Counted from the stretch's first letter, positions 12,301-21,120 are shown. The stretch is DNA of 64,000 bases from an uncultured Verrucomicrobiae bacterium (GCA_963702845.1 OY969763.1:4672001-4736000), one strand, 5' to 3'. Made by a program: numbers and translations. Notes: generated by a model from the sequence alone, not told the origin.

Positions 12301-15300
12301 GGACGAACTCACCGCCGTCGTAGTGCTAGCCGCGTTGACCGTTTGCGTCAGAATCGAGCTCGTGCTCGTGTTGAAATTGCTGTCAGCACCGTAGACCGCG
12401 GTGATTGAATGAGAGGTCGTGCTCAAAGCGCTCGTTGAGAACGTCGCCGATCCGCCGCTCAAACTTCCAGTGCCCAAGGTCGTCGCACCATCTTTAAACG
12501 TGACCGTTCCAGTCGGCGCGCCGCTGCCAGGCGATGATGCTGTCACAGTCGCTGTGAATGTCACAGACTGGCCCGATACAGACGGGTTAGTCCCGGAAGT
12601 CACTGCCGTTGTCGTATTCGCCGCATTGACTGCCTGCGTCAAAGCCGAGCTCGTGCTCGTATTGAAATCAGTCGAACCACCGTAAACCGCAGTGATCGAA
12701 TGCGAACCGGCGTTCGCATAATTTGTAGCAAACGTGGCCGAACCGCCACTCAATGCACCCGTGCCAATGGTGGTCGCACCATCTTTAAAGGTGATTGTTC
12801 CCGTCGGGGTGCCGCTGCCAGGCGCGGTCGCTGTCACAGTCGCTGTAAAAGTCACCGGTTGGCCGGAAACAGAAGGATTCGCCGATGAACCCACCGCAGT
12901 CGTCGTGTTCGCCGCGTTCACGGTCTGGCTCAAGGCCGAACTCGTGCTCGTATTGAAATTCCCGTCGCCGCCGTAAACCGCAGTGATCGAGTGCGAGCCA
13001 GCGTTCGCATAGTTGGTTGCGAAGGTGGCCGAACCGCCGCTCAACACGCCCGTGCCAACCGTCGCTGCGCCATCTTTAAATGTCACCGTGCCGGTCACGG
13101 TGCCACTTCCCGGGGAAGTAACGGCCACTGTTGCAGTAAATGTCACGGCCTGACCGGAAACCGACGGATTCACATCCGCATTCACCGTCGTGGTTGTAGC
13201 AGCTTTATTCACTGTCTGAGTCAGCGTCGAACTCGTGCTCGTGTTGAAATTGCTGTCAGCGCCATAAACCGCAGTGATCGAATGCGAACCTGCGCTAGCA
13301 TAATTTGTAGCAAATGTGGCCAAACCGCCGCTCAATGCGCCCGTGCCGATCGTGGTCGCACCATCCTTGAACGTAACCGTTCCAGTAGGCGTCCCACTGC
13401 CAGGCGATGATGCAGTCACCGTTGCTGTGAACGTGACTGACTGACCTGAAACAGATGGATTCACTGAGGAACTCAAAGCAGTCGCCGTATTCGCCGCGTT
13501 AACGACTTGGCTTACAGATGAGCTCGTGCTCGTGGAAAAATTGCTATCGCCTCCATATACCGCCGTGATCGAGTGCGTGGTCGTGCTCAACCCACTCGTC
13601 GCAAAAGTCGCCAAACCGCCGCTCACAGCGCCAGTGCCTAAAGTCGTCGCACCATCCTTGAACGTCACAGTTCCAGTAGGCGTTCCGCTGCCAGGCGAGT
13701 TAACAGTAACAGTCGCCGTAAATGTGACAGACTGTCCCGAAACAGACGGATTCACTGAGGAACCCAAAGCAGTCGTCGTTGCTGCCGCATTAACCGTTTG
13801 CGCCAACGCAGGAGAATTCGTGCTCGCATTGAAACTGCTGTCGCCACCGTATTCAGCTACAATCGCATGTGCGCCGGCTGCGGCATAATTTGTCGAATAT
13901 GTCGTCGAGCCACTGCTTAACGCGTTTGTCTTCACAGCGGTGCCGTTGTCTTTGATCACCACGTTACCTGTAGGCGTTCCGCTGCCGGGCGACGTCGCGG
14001 TCACGTTCACTGTATAAGTTACAGATTGTCCTGAAACACTCGGATTCGCACTCGAACCAACCGCAGTTGTTGAACCCGACTTATTGACGATCTGCGTCAG
14101 CGCTGGCGAATTGGTGCTGCCTTTGACGTTCGTGTCACCCGGATACGCCGCCGTAATCGAGTGCGAAGCAATCGCAGTATAATTCGTGCTAAACGTTGCT
14201 TGATTGGCGCTCAAACTGCCGGTTCCGATCGTCGTCGCACCGTCCTTGAACGTCACCGTACCGGTCGCCGTTGCCGTGCCGGTCGCGGTGATGGTCGCGG
14301 TATAAATAACGTTTTGACCATAAACACTCGGATTCGCGCTCGACGTCACCGTATTGGTGCTGCTCGTCTGATTGACCGTCTGGGTCAAAGTCGTAGTGTT
14401 CGTGCTGGTTCTGAAATTCGAATCGCCATTGTAAACAGCCTTGATTGTATGGGCCGCCACATTGAGCGCACTGGTTACGAAGGTCACCGAACCGCTGCTC
14501 AATGTATTCGTTGCCAACGGCGTCGTCCCATCCAGGAACGTAACGGTTCCTGACGGTGTGCCAGTTGCCGGCGAAACAGCGGCGACCGTTGCCGTAAATG
14601 TCACTGATTGGCCGTACGTGCTCGGATTCGTTCCCGATGTGACGGTTGTGGTCGTGTTGCCGTTCGTAATATTGAAGGAAGATGAAGTGTCGCTCGTCAA
14701 TCCGGTCGAATTCGCCTGCAACGTATACCCGGTGCCCGCTTTATTAATAGTTAACGTGCTGAACGTTGCTGTGCCGGCGCTCGCCGTAACAGTTGTCGTA
14801 CCGCCCAAAGTGCCGCCCCCCGGATTCGTTCCAATCGCCATAGTGACAGACCCGTTGGTGGATACCGTGCTACCGAATTGGTCCTGGAATAGCACCGTCA
14901 CCGCTGGTGAAATCGTCGCACCCAACCCTACCGTGGACGGCTGCTGGATAAATGCAACCTGAGCAGGATTACCCACAACTTCCGCCAGCGCTCCCCAAGT
15001 GCCTGAGGAAAGCTGCAAGCCAGAAAGCGCAGCTGTTCCTGATTCAGTCAAATTTCCACTGGCCAGTGGCGTGCCCGCGGTTGGACGCACTTGAATGTTC
15101 TGGTATTGGATGGTGTTCGCAGCCCCCGAGGTCGCGGTGATCGTATTCGTGATTCTCGTTCCATCCGAGGATATTGTACAGTTGTAGGTGCTGTTCAGAG
15201 CGACATTGTTGATGTTGTTGCCAGCGGTCCCGCTACCAGTAGTTATCTTGACTGTTACAGTTACACCCGTATTGAAGACAAAGCCGGAGGGCGCGGTCAA

Positions 15301-15573
15301 AATAATCGTGCCGGTTCCAATAATGTTACCGGAGTTGTTTTCGGCCAGAATTGGTCCGGTCAACGTTGTCCACGCGACGCCGGTTTCGTCGGCAGAAATA
15401 GACGATCCGTTGGTGGCAGCGGTAACTGTGACATGGTCCGGCACCGCTAGCGCCGAGCCAGCAGAAAGGACAAGCGTCAAAAAAGTGAGACAAACGATTC
15501 GCAACAGCGGGGATGCATCATTTGATTTGTTAGAGAAGATACTAAACTTCTCCCAGCTAAGGGTCATGTTCAT
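3367..15573 (-). CDS. Giant secreted/surface repeat protein (~4068 aa): signal peptide, 12 bacterial Ig-like (group 3 type) repeats, SprB/PKD-like linker, 23 Cys-rich HYR-like repeats, unique ~500-aa C-terminal region
   Basis: Uninterrupted 12-kb ORF. Start moved from 15888 to ATG 15573 (MNMTLS...LLRIVCLTFLTLVLSAGSALA|VP), which gives a signal peptide. Repeats counted from the translation. Confidence 0.9.
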   Translation of the reverse strand: MNMTLSWEKFSIFSNKSNDASPLLRIVCLTFLTLVLSAGSALAVPDHVTVTAATNGSSISADETGVAWTTLTGPILAENNSGNIIGTGTIILTAPSGFVFNTGVTVTVKITTGSGTAGNNINNVALNSTYNCTISSDGTRITNTITATSGAANTIQYQNIQVRPTAGTPLASGNLTESGTAALSGLQLSSGTWGALAEVVGNPAQVAFIQQPSTVGLGATISPAVTVLFQDQFGSTVSTNGSVTMAIGTNPGGGTLGGTTTVTASAGTATFSTLTINKAGTGYTLQANSTGLTSDTSSSFNITNGNTTTTVTSGTNPSTYGQSVTFTATVAAVSPATGTPSGTVTFLDGTTPLATNTLSSGSVTFVTSALNVAAHTIKAVYNGDSNFRTSTNTTTLTQTVNQTSSTNTVTSSANPSVYGQNVIYTATITATGTATATGTVTFKDGATTIGTGSLSANQATFSTNYTAIASHSITAAYPGDTNVKGSTNSPALTQIVNKSGSTTAVGSSANPSVSGQSVTYTVNVTATSPGSGTPTGNVVIKDNGTAVKTNALSSGSTTYSTNYAAAGAHAIVAEYGGDSSFNASTNSPALAQTVNAAATTTALGSSVNPSVSGQSVTFTATVTVNSPGSGTPTGTVTFKDGATTLGTGAVSGGLATFATSGLSTTTHSITAVYGGDSNFSTSTSSSVSQVVNAANTATALSSSVNPSVSGQSVTFTATVTASSPGSGTPTGTVTFKDGATTIGTGALSGGLATFATNYASAGSHSITAVYGADSNFNTSTSSTLTQTVNKAATTTTVNADVNPSVSGQAVTFTATVAVTSPGSGTVTGTVTFKDGAATVGTGVLSGGSATFATNYANAGSHSITAVYGGDGNFNTSTSSALSQTVNAANTTTAVGSSANPSVSGQPVTFTATVTATAPGSGTPTGTITFKDGATTIGTGALSGGSATFATNYANAGSHSITAVYGGSTDFNTSTSSALTQAVNAANTTTAVTSGTNPSVSGQSVTFTATVTASSPGSGAPTGTVTFKDGATTLGTGSLSGGSATFSTSALSTTSHSITAVYGADSNFNTSTSSILTQTVNAASTTTAVSSSANPSVSGQSVTFTATVSAVSPASGTPTGTVTFKDGATTLGTGTVSGGTATFATSSLSTTSHSITAVYGADSNFNTSTSSALTQNVNAANTTTAVTSGTNPSVSGQSVTFTATVSASSPGSGTPTGTVTFKDGATTLGTGSLSGGTATFATSALSTTSHSITAVYGASTDFNTSTSSALTQTVNAADTTTVVSSSANPSVSGQSVTFTATVTATSPGGGTPAGTVTFKDGATTLGTGPLSGGTATFATSSLNTASHSITAVYGASADFNTSTSSTLSQVVGAGNASVAVTSSVNPSIVNQSVTVTATVTAGSPATGSPTGTIQFVVDGIYFVGSPVALSAGAATSGNLPGLTQGDHTVAAIYSGDSNFNSVTNTLTQTVTAPLATCTASNSGPVCEGGTLQLFGITTDTGSDVYYSWAGPNGFTSTNQNPTIANVTANDAGTFTLTTGTTGTTNCIEMTVVSVAPTLAASVSADTVCTGASGNITANASGGTAPYSYAWSPGGATTQTISVTDGGLYTVTVIDSTGTSHCSVQASGALTLKALPACAINGANTVCPNSTNSYSAPAGMSSYTWSVSGAATIDGAANAQSVSVVAAAGCNTNFSLSLNVTSNGCSSACSTNINVIDTTAPAITSVPADATVSCANAVPAANDGAVVASDDCSSVTVTHLSDSVTSSNCPNNFTVTRTYVATDACGNSSIQTQTITVHDATGPVITGFPADATYSCSASVPAADDGAVSATDACGGSISVTHSDDAVTAGSCANRYTIARTYTATDACGNATTQTQNITVNDSTAPVLAGVPADVTAQCNAVPTAATPTATDNCDSNPSVSFNETSGAGSCANSYVLTRTWTATDACGNSSSGTQHVTVIDTTAPVLAGVPADATVQCDAVPTAASPTATDNCDSNPTISFSETNAPGSCAGSSVLTRVWTATDVCGNSSTATQTITVIDTTAPVLAGVPADATVQCDSIPAAASPTGTDTCDTNASVSLSESTVAGSCANNYVLTRTWTATDACGNSSSASQTINVIDTTAPVIAGVPADATVQCDSVPAAATPTATDTCDANPSISFDESSAAGSCANSYVLTRTWTATDACGNTSTAAQTITVIDTTAPVIAGVPADATVQCDAVPTAATATATDTCDSNPTISLNESSAAGTCANSYVLTRVWTATDVCGNSSTATQTITVIDTVAPVLAGVPADATAQCNAVPTAATPTATDTCDSNPHISFNESSATGSCAGSYVLTRTWTASDACGNSSSSTQHVTVIDTTAPVLAGVPADATVQCDAVTTAASPTATDNCDSNPTISFSETNAPGSCAGSSVLTRVWTATDVCGNSSTATQTITVIDTTAPLLAGVPADATVQCDAVPLVASPTATDNCDTNAAISFNQTSAAGSCTNSYVLTRTWTATDACGNSSSASQTITVIDTTAPVIAGVPAAATVQCDAVPTAASPTATDTCDNNPSISFNESSAAGSCSNSYVLTRTWTATDACGNTSTAAQTITVIDSTAPVIAGVPADVTVQCDAVPTAATPTATDTCDSAPVVSLAETISNGATVGQFVITRTWTATDACGNTSTAAQHITAFDSIAPALAGVPADTTVECSAISPAATPTASDNCDPHPVVSVAESTAAGSCAGSFVLTRTWTATDASGNSSSASQTITVHDTTAPTITGVPADATVQCDVVPTAATLTATDNCDTNATVSMSETRVNGTCTNSYTLSRTWTATDACGNSSSATQTITVIDTTAPVITGVPSNTTVQCDSVPGAASPTATDGCDSNPTLTFNESTVNGSCAGNYVITRTWTATDICGNSSVKTQTITVHDTIAPIIAGVPADVTVQCNAVSTAATATATDNCDSNPTVSFAETTATGPCAGSYVLTRTWTATDVCGNSSTAAQHITVIDTIAPVLAGVPTSTTAQCNAIPTAATPTATDNCDSNPHVSLNESTVTGSCANSYVLTRTWTATDACGNHSSASQTITVIDTTGPVLAGVPANTTAQCGSVPTAATPTATDTCDNNPHVTLSESTVTGSCAGNYVLTRTWTATDACGNSSTASQTITVSDSIAPVLAGVPPSTTAQCSSVPTAATPTASDNCDSNPHISFNESSAAGSCANSYVLTRTWTATDACGNSSSATQTVTVVDTTAPVLAGVPANTTAQCSAVPPAATPTATDNCDSNPNVSMNQTTTAGSSANNYTITRTWTATDACGNTSTGHQIITVMDSTAPALVGVPASTTATCALVPTAPTLTATDNCDATANVALVESSTQTGSGCSHDSYTITRTWTATDSSGNTSTGVQTITVTPVAPVITGFPANATYSCASSVPAANDTLVTAGDACGAAVAITHDADVISGQTCANHYTITRTYHATSACGTVVSQSQTITVDDSTAPTITGFPADATYTSINQIPAANDSLITATDNCGAGVTVTHSADATVNVVDAHHFQVQRTYTATDACGNATSQTQTFTINSAATVTVTITGSVDVVTNKPTWTFHGTASGENPIASIHYSLNGGADHVASGTATWTTPQLTLLAGTNRFAVYAVDNQNNQSTISNAVVFYATSNKLVVVIQDWPHKGNASTASILPSDIVNKVKKVMIGKTYSLTAVPKTNRHFLGWFDSTNANATLFSTDLTFAYVFDPTKTLVARFEDPFYYIKGNYSGLFSEPTVRSLSAGYISISMPEVVDPSANKFSAKVINGGQKTSVSAKNASFDMTGHSHFTAAAMTVDLYADLSSGFTGVITGTVTTVSWTANVTLYRDINKTEVPAAARFTMALPPQGDSPNGYGYGAINRVKSGNVAIAGTMADGSAWVAQAGKPSADGHFPLFGELYKKNPNGVLWGWLQFTGDQQGVTGNLYWFRPASVTTAPATPNFPAGITNTNIVIIGSPYSASTISFNDWTKNGVVFLYDGNRKGVTNIVTKALGVVQDPNYNPTNKVVLKITATTGLMGTSFQDPNDKKTDKIKGVVLQNQSMAAGLFYRTNAGQFLLQELP
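4930..10431 (-). repeat. 23 tandem ~79-83-aa four-Cys HYR-like repeats (intragenic)
   Basis: Consensus DTTAPVLAGVPADATVQC.AVPTAATPTATDNCD...GSCA.SYVLTRTWTATDACGNSS.A.QTITVI; core units have a 237-bp period (starts at 9936, 9699 ... 8751 ... 7566). Confidence 0.9.
11165..14660 (-). repeat. 12 tandem ~98-aa Ig-like repeats (intragenic)
   Basis: Consensus TTTAVxSSxNPSVSGQSVTFTATV...PTGTVTFKDGATTLGTG.LSGG.ATF....HSITAVYGxDSNFNTSTSS.LTQTVN. Confidence 0.9.
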
Positions 15574-15956
15574 AGGGGATGCCTTTGGTTTTCCGTGATT
15601 TTTCTGAAATTGACGAGCGGCTCTTACAAATGTACGCGTTGATTCGACGGCGTGGCTCGAATCATGAGCCGACACCCTATCACCATGTAGGATACAAAGC
15701 GACATATTTCTCAGCTTTTCTCTCATGTTTATTTTGTGTGACACCGCACGGGTTGTCACAAATTGGTGAATTAAACCCAATCCCTCCTTGCAAGGAATAT
15801 TGCGGCGGACGCTAGCAGCCCAACCTATAGTGTCAATTAAATGATGGACACCATTAGGGCTGCACACAATGCGGCACCGCACTTGCAAATCGAGTAATGC
15901 CCCTACTGAGCAAGTGGCATACCATTTGACAGGCGTGTCAACTATAAGCTACAGGA

Positions 15957-15995
15957 TTGTCGGAAATCTGACTTTTTTGTCGGAAAACCTGACAA
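15957..15995. promoter_or_regulatory. Tandem pair of quasi-palindromic sites, candidate activator (bEBP) binding sites
   Basis: TTGTCGGAAATCTGAC and TTGTCGGAAAACCTGACAA, 20 bp apart, ~110-150 bp upstream of a sigma54-like promoter. Confidence 0.55.
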
Positions 15996-16104
15996 TTAGC
16001 ACTGCCTTACGGCAGCAGCGAACGCTCTATAAACCATAGTTTTTGCCACTTAAGCCGTTTGTCGTAAGAATCTTGTCACTCTGTCAACAAATGTTGTGGG
16101 TAAA

Positions 16105-16120
16105 TGGCAGCGTGTGTGCT
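16105..16120 (+). promoter_or_regulatory. Putative sigma54 (-24/-12) promoter
   Basis: TGGCAGCGTGTGTGCT, exact GG-N10-GC spacing, ~90 bp before ATG 16211. Confidence 0.55.
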
Positions 16121-16210
16121 TAATGTGACAGTTCGCCTTCGAACAAGGCGTTGAAAAACGGGTCGGCAATTGAAAACCAGACTGAGTCCGCTGCACAAAA
16201 TCCTATCGAT

Positions 16211-18391
16211 ATGAGAAGAGTTATTAGCGTCGCGATGGTCGCGCTGCTCGCAAATTCATTGGCGCTGCACGCAACGCCTAAACTTCGCCTCTCCGATGGC
16301 ACAACCACGGTCACGGTCGCAGACGGCGATCCGAATGATCAATACCCCGACGCAGGTGTTGTCATCTACAATGGCCCCGTCGGCTCTATGTGGCAGATTA
16401 ACGTGACCGTCGGCATAACCAAGCCAGCCCAAGGCACTCCGGCTCAGCCGTTTATGGATTTGGATACCTTTAACTTATCCACAGGTGCCGCCAACCTGAC
16501 CATTCTATACTCAGACACCGACTTTACTGCGGGTATTGGCACGTTCGACGCGGAAGTCGGGGGAACCAGCGACGGCTCTGTCGATTTCAACTTCTACCTC
16601 GACAGCAACAACACGCTGTTCGGTTCCAACACCCTGCTGGCCAGTTTCGTAAATCAAACAAGCGTCTACAATGGTAGTTCCAACGGCCCTGTAAACCTTA
16701 GTGCGCCCTATGCGATGACCTTGGAAGCGAATATCCGCCATGCAGGCGCAGGCAGCACTGGCTTTGACCAACAGCTCTTTATCACGCCGACTCAATTCCA
16801 ACCGCCCACCGTTCAATGCGTCGGCGACATCAACCTCGGTTGCAATCCGACGAATATCCCAAGCTGCGACACCAATTCTCTGACCGTCGCCGCCTCCTGT
16901 GGCGTTTCCAATATCACCTGCAGCGCCGCTGGTCCTGACATTGTCACCGGTTGCGTTCATGAACGTGATTTGGTTTACACCGTCACTGACAATTGCGGCC
17001 AAAGCACCAGTTGCACACAACACATTTACTGGTCGGTTGACAAGAACGCTCCGAGCTTCACCCAGTGCCCGACAGACATGGATCTTGGTTGCAACCCCAG
17101 CACCATTCCCGATTGCGATTTGAGCCAGGTTTCAGCCACTGACGACTGCGGCCGCGCCGTAATCGTTTGTGCAAAATCCGACTCCGCCACCGGCTGCGCC
17201 CACACCCGCACCCTGACCTACACTGCGACCGATGCTTGCGGCAATAGTGCGACTTGCATCCAACACCTCACATGGACCGCCGACACTACGCCGCCAATCT
17301 TCACCAAGTGTGCTGCCGACGTTGATCTCGGTTGCAACCCGATATTTGTTCCAAGTTGCAGCACTCCAAACCTCGTCGCAGCGACAGACAATTGCGGGGT
17401 GGTAACAGTCTCCTGCCTCTCCTCAGAATCCGTCAGTGGTTGCACTCACTCGCGCACCCTCACTTTCATCGCCGTCGATGCCTGCTTGAACACCGCCTCG
17501 TGCGTGCAGCACATCACTTGGACAGTCGACACAACCCCGCCGTCCATCACTTGCCCAAACAGCCTGAACCTTGCAGCAACCGATACCGTTCCGTCCCCGA
17601 ACGTAAACTCCGTTACAGCGTCTGACGACTGCAGTTCAGTCACGGTGTCCTATCTCGGCGCCGTCACCAATGGCAACTGCCCGAAAGTAATCACGCGCAT
17701 CTACCAGGCATCGGACACCTGCGGCAACACAGCCACATGCAGCCAAACGATCAGCATTGATTGCCCACCACAATGCACCGGCGTGAGCAACGCCATTACT
17801 TCGAACTTCAATGGCACGTCAATCAATCCGACCAACTACATCTGGTTTTGCGCGAATCTCTCCGCCACGGGCATCCCCTCGACCGGCACAACGATTTACG
17901 TCAAGAGCCAGACGGTGACGATCGTCTCCGCCAACGGAACGTTCACTTACAATATCCCCAACGGTAAAATCGTCTTCAGCCCAGTCGCAACCTGTTCAAC
18001 GACGACCTTCGACGGAACACAATGGGTTACGACCGTTCCGCTTGCCGGCAGCGACGAAATCTTCTTCGCAGGTCTCGGCGTCAAAGTGGGTGTCGATGTC
18101 AAAGCAGCAAACCCCGTGACATGGTCCGGCATCTTTACTGCCAATAACACAGGCGTCGCCGTCAAATGGAAATGGAGCGCGGCCGTTTACAAGACGGACA
18201 TGAGCCAGGCGCAATACAACAACCTGGGCGTCAAACCGACGCACACCTCCGCTTGCGCCTACGCGAATTCCGACCACGCGGGCACACCCGAAAACAAGAA
18301 GACCTATGTCATCGGTGGCGCTCGTGGCGGTGGCGGCTCCGACTGGACCGGTTCGTGGTCCGGCACTGGCAGCGTAACTCTTTGCCCGTAA
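16211..18391 (+). CDS. Secreted Cys-rich protein with 4 HYR-like repeats and a conserved-looking C-terminal beta domain
   Basis: Signal peptide MRRVISVAMVALLANSLALHA (start moved from 16151); repeats DTTPP..C..D..LGCNP...ATD(D/N)CG...TDACGN; C-terminus SNFNGTSI...HAGTPEN...GGARGGGGSDWTGSWSGT. Confidence 0.85.
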   Translation: MRRVISVAMVALLANSLALHATPKLRLSDGTTTVTVADGDPNDQYPDAGVVIYNGPVGSMWQINVTVGITKPAQGTPAQPFMDLDTFNLSTGAANLTILYSDTDFTAGIGTFDAEVGGTSDGSVDFNFYLDSNNTLFGSNTLLASFVNQTSVYNGSSNGPVNLSAPYAMTLEANIRHAGAGSTGFDQQLFITPTQFQPPTVQCVGDINLGCNPTNIPSCDTNSLTVAASCGVSNITCSAAGPDIVTGCVHERDLVYTVTDNCGQSTSCTQHIYWSVDKNAPSFTQCPTDMDLGCNPSTIPDCDLSQVSATDDCGRAVIVCAKSDSATGCAHTRTLTYTATDACGNSATCIQHLTWTADTTPPIFTKCAADVDLGCNPIFVPSCSTPNLVAATDNCGVVTVSCLSSESVSGCTHSRTLTFIAVDACLNTASCVQHITWTVDTTPPSITCPNSLNLAATDTVPSPNVNSVTASDDCSSVTVSYLGAVTNGNCPKVITRIYQASDTCGNTATCSQTISIDCPPQCTGVSNAITSNFNGTSINPTNYIWFCANLSATGIPSTGTTIYVKSQTVTIVSANGTFTYNIPNGKIVFSPVATCSTTTFDGTQWVTTVPLAGSDEIFFAGLGVKVGVDVKAANPVTWSGIFTANNTGVAVKWKWSAAVYKTDMSQAQYNNLGVKPTHTSACAYANSDHAGTPENKKTYVIGGARGGGGSDWTGSWSGTGSVTLCP

Positions 18392-18407
18392 GACGGGTGA
18401 TTCGCTG

Positions 18408-18446
18408 AAAGAACGCGCGGATGATTTCATCCGCGCGTTCTTTTTT
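18408..18446 (+). terminator. Rho-independent terminator
   Basis: AAAGAACGCGCGGATGA-TT-TCATCCGCGCGTTCTTTTTT, perfect stem plus T-tract. Confidence 0.9.
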
Positions 18447-18452
18447 GTACGC

Positions 18453-18488
18453 AAAAAAACGCCCAAGCCGGAGTGGCCTGGGCGTTTT
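18453..18488 (-). terminator. Rho-independent terminator of the clpC operon
   Basis: AAAACGCCCAAGCC...GGCCTGGGCGTTTT stem with an A7 tract on its left (U-tract on the minus strand). Confidence 0.85.
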
Positions 18489-18503
18489 GCAATTATCGTG
18501 TCT

Positions 18504-21017
18504 TTAGCTCGCCTGCGTCGGCTCGGTCGATGTCGGCGCTTGTTGGCGGAAGACCAGCTTGTCTTTGTCGTCGCCAACCGTGATCTGAACCGGTTCGTTC
18601 GGGATCAGTTGGCCTTTGAGGATTTCCTCCGCCAACGAATCTTCCAGATACCGTTCCACCGCACGACGCATCGGGCGCGCACCGTAGTTGGGATCGTGAC
18701 CCTTCTCGACCAAAAAGTCTTTGGCCTTCGCGTCCAGCTGGATGACCATTTGCTTGCCTTTGAGGCGGTCGACAACTTTTTCGATTTCCAAATCGAGAAT
18801 CTCGATCAGGTCCGGTTTCGTCAGTGAGCGGAAGACGATGATGTCGTCCAAACGATTCAGGAATTCCGGACGGAATGCTTTCTTCGCTTCGTCCAAAATC
18901 TTCTCCTTCATCTTATCGTAACTCGCTTCATCGCTGATCGGCGAGAAGCCCATCGTTGTCGATTTGCGAATTGTTTCTGCGCCGACGTTTGAGGTCAGCA
19001 GGATGATCGTGTTACGGAAGTTGACCACGCGGCCGACATTGTCGGTCAGTTTGCCTTCTTCCAAAATCTGCAAGAGCATGTTCATCACGTCCGGATGCGC
19101 CTTTTCGATTTCGTCGAAAAGCACGACCGAATAGGGACGACGACGCACGGCTTCAGTAAGCTGGCCGCCTTCTTCGTAACCGATATAGCCAGGAGGCGAA
19201 CCGACCATGCGGGACGCATTGTGCCGTTCCATGTATTCGCTCATGTCCAATTGGATAAGCGCCTTGGGATCGCCAAACAATGTTTCCGCGAGCGTTTTCG
19301 CCAGCAAAGTCTTACCGACACCGGTCGGTCCGAGCAGCGCAAACGTGCCAATCGGGCGACGCGGATCTTTCAAGTCTGCGCGCGAACGGCGCAACGCCTT
19401 GGCGAGCGCGACCACGCCCTCTTTCTGGCCGATGATCATGCGCGACATCTCTTTTTCGAGCGCAAGCAACTTGGCGGCTTCGCCTTCTTCCATGCGCTTG
19501 AGCGGAATGCCGGTCCACTTGGAGATGACATTCAAAATGTCATCTTCATCGACGATCACGCGTGTTTCCTCGCGACTAGCGCGCCACGCGGCCAGAACAG
19601 CATCCAATTTTTCTTTGGCCTGCTTTTCTTTGTCGCGCATGGAGGCGGCGCCTTCGAAATCCTGATCTTTGATGGCGCGCTCTTTCTGGGTCTTGATGGT
19701 CTCGATGTCGGCTTCGAGGTCTTTGACTTCAGGCGGGCGGGTCATCGTGCCAATGCGGGCGCGAGAACCGGCTTCGTCCATGACATCAATCGCCTTGTCC
19801 GGCAGAAAACGATCGGTGATATAGCGATCGGACATGCGCACGGCAGCTTCGACAGCTTTGTCGGTGATCTCGGCTTTGTGATGTTCTTCGTATTTGATGC
19901 GAAGACCTTTCAAAATCTGGATCGCTTCTTCCTGCGAAGGCGCTTCGACTTTCACCGTTTGGAACCGGCGTTCGAGTGCTGCGTCCTTCTCGATGTATTT
20001 GCGATATTCGTTGAGCGTGGTGGCGCCGATGCATTGCATCTCACCGCGGCTGAGCGCCGGCTTGATGATATTCGAGGCATCCATGGTTCCTTCAGCGGAA
20101 CCGGCGCCGACAATGGTATGCAATTCGTCGATGAACAGGATGATGTTCTTGGCGCGACGAATTTCGTCCATGACGGCTTTGATGCGCTCTTCGAATTGGC
20201 CGCGATACTTCGTGCCGGCAACCATCAACGCGAGGTCGAGCGTAATCACGCGTTTGTCGCGCAAAATCTCTGGGACATTACCTTTAGAAATTTCCTGCGC
20301 GAGACCTTCCACGATGGCGGTTTTACCAACACCCGCTTCACCGAGCAGCACCGGATTGTTCTTCGTGCGCCGGCAGAGAATCTGGATGACGCGTTCGATT
20401 TCGTTCTGACGGCCGATCACCGGATCCATCTCGCCTTTACGCGCGATTTCGGTCAGGTCACGTCCGAAGGCTTTAAGTGCTGGGGTCTTAACTTCGCCTT
20501 TCTTTTCCGGAGCTTTTTCCGGAGCGGGCTCCGCCGTGCCGCCTTGTTGCTCTTCTGATGCGGCGAAGTTCGGATCGAGCTCCTTCAAAATCTCCTGGCG
20601 TGTTTGCTCAATGTCCACGTCCAGGTTTTTCAACACCCGGGCAGCAACACCGTCGCCTTCGCGAAGCAACCCCAGCAAGATGTGTTCAGTCCCCACGTAA
20701 GTGTGGTTCAAGTTCTTGGCTTCTTTGGCAGCCAGTGCGAGCACCTTCTTCACACGCGGCGTGTAAGGAATATTGCCGATCATCTTTTGATCGGGGCCGG
20801 TGCCGACCTGCTTCTCGACTTCCATGCGGACGGTTTCCAGGTCGAGACCGAGCTTTTGCAGGACGTTCACGGCGACACCCTGGCCTAATTTAATAAGGCC
20901 GAGCAACAGATGTTCGGTGCCAACAAAATTGTGGTTGAAGCGGTCTGCTTCTTTTCGAGCCAACGCCAGCACTTGTTGAGCGCGTGGCGTAAAATTGTTC
21001 ATGGCTTCTTCACTCAT
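18504..21017 (-). CDS. clpC: ATP-dependent Clp protease ATP-binding subunit ClpC
   Basis: Two Clp-N repeats (GTEHLLLGL), Walker A GEAGVGKT and GPTGVGKT, short UVR-type M-domain ([11 protein letters not shown]), MGF ClpP-docking loop, GARPMRR. Confidence 0.97.
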   Translation of the reverse strand: MSEEAMNNFTPRAQQVLALARKEADRFNHNFVGTEHLLLGLIKLGQGVAVNVLQKLGLDLETVRMEVEKQVGTGPDQKMIGNIPYTPRVKKVLALAAKEAKNLNHTYVGTEHILLGLLREGDGVAARVLKNLDVDIEQTRQEILKELDPNFAASEEQQGGTAEPAPEKAPEKKGEVKTPALKAFGRDLTEIARKGEMDPVIGRQNEIERVIQILCRRTKNNPVLLGEAGVGKTAIVEGLAQEISKGNVPEILRDKRVITLDLALMVAGTKYRGQFEERIKAVMDEIRRAKNIILFIDELHTIVGAGSAEGTMDASNIIKPALSRGEMQCIGATTLNEYRKYIEKDAALERRFQTVKVEAPSQEEAIQILKGLRIKYEEHHKAEITDKAVEAAVRMSDRYITDRFLPDKAIDVMDEAGSRARIGTMTRPPEVKDLEADIETIKTQKERAIKDQDFEGAASMRDKEKQAKEKLDAVLAAWRASREETRVIVDEDDILNVISKWTGIPLKRMEEGEAAKLLALEKEMSRMIIGQKEGVVALAKALRRSRADLKDPRRPIGTFALLGPTGVGKTLLAKTLAETLFGDPKALIQLDMSEYMERHNASRMVGSPPGYIGYEEGGQLTEAVRRRPYSVVLFDEIEKAHPDVMNMLLQILEEGKLTDNVGRVVNFRNTIILLTSNVGAETIRKSTTMGFSPISDEASYDKMKEKILDEAKKAFRPEFLNRLDDIIVFRSLTKPDLIEILDLEIEKVVDRLKGKQMVIQLDAKAKDFLVEKGHDPNYGARPMRRAVERYLEDSLAEEILKGQLIPNEPVQITVGDDKDKLVFRQQAPTSTEPTQAS

Positions 21018-21120
21018 AATACAAACTTAATCTGCTAGTTTCTCTTGTCCAGCCAGTCAGTCAAAACCGTAAGCCGATTGGGTTTCCAACCTACGATACA
21101 GCAGAGTTCCACTCTGCGTA

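Noticed and set aside
4930..14660. Periodic DNA repeats as a CRISPR array or satellite
   Set aside because: Periods of 237 and ~294 bp are in frame, degenerate at third positions and fully explained by protein domain repeats; no cas genes.
15574..15888. N-terminal 105 aa of the 4173-aa ORF
   Set aside because: TTG start, atypical composition and it precedes the signal peptide; treated as non-coding promoter region.
15915..15930. sigma54-like TGGCATACCATTTGAC
   Set aside because: The -12 element is GA, not GC.
19095..20558. 487-aa plus-strand ORF and the many other antisense/overlapping ORFs in the track
   Set aside because: Shadow frames opposite well-conserved genes such as clpC, expected at this GC content; no motifs.
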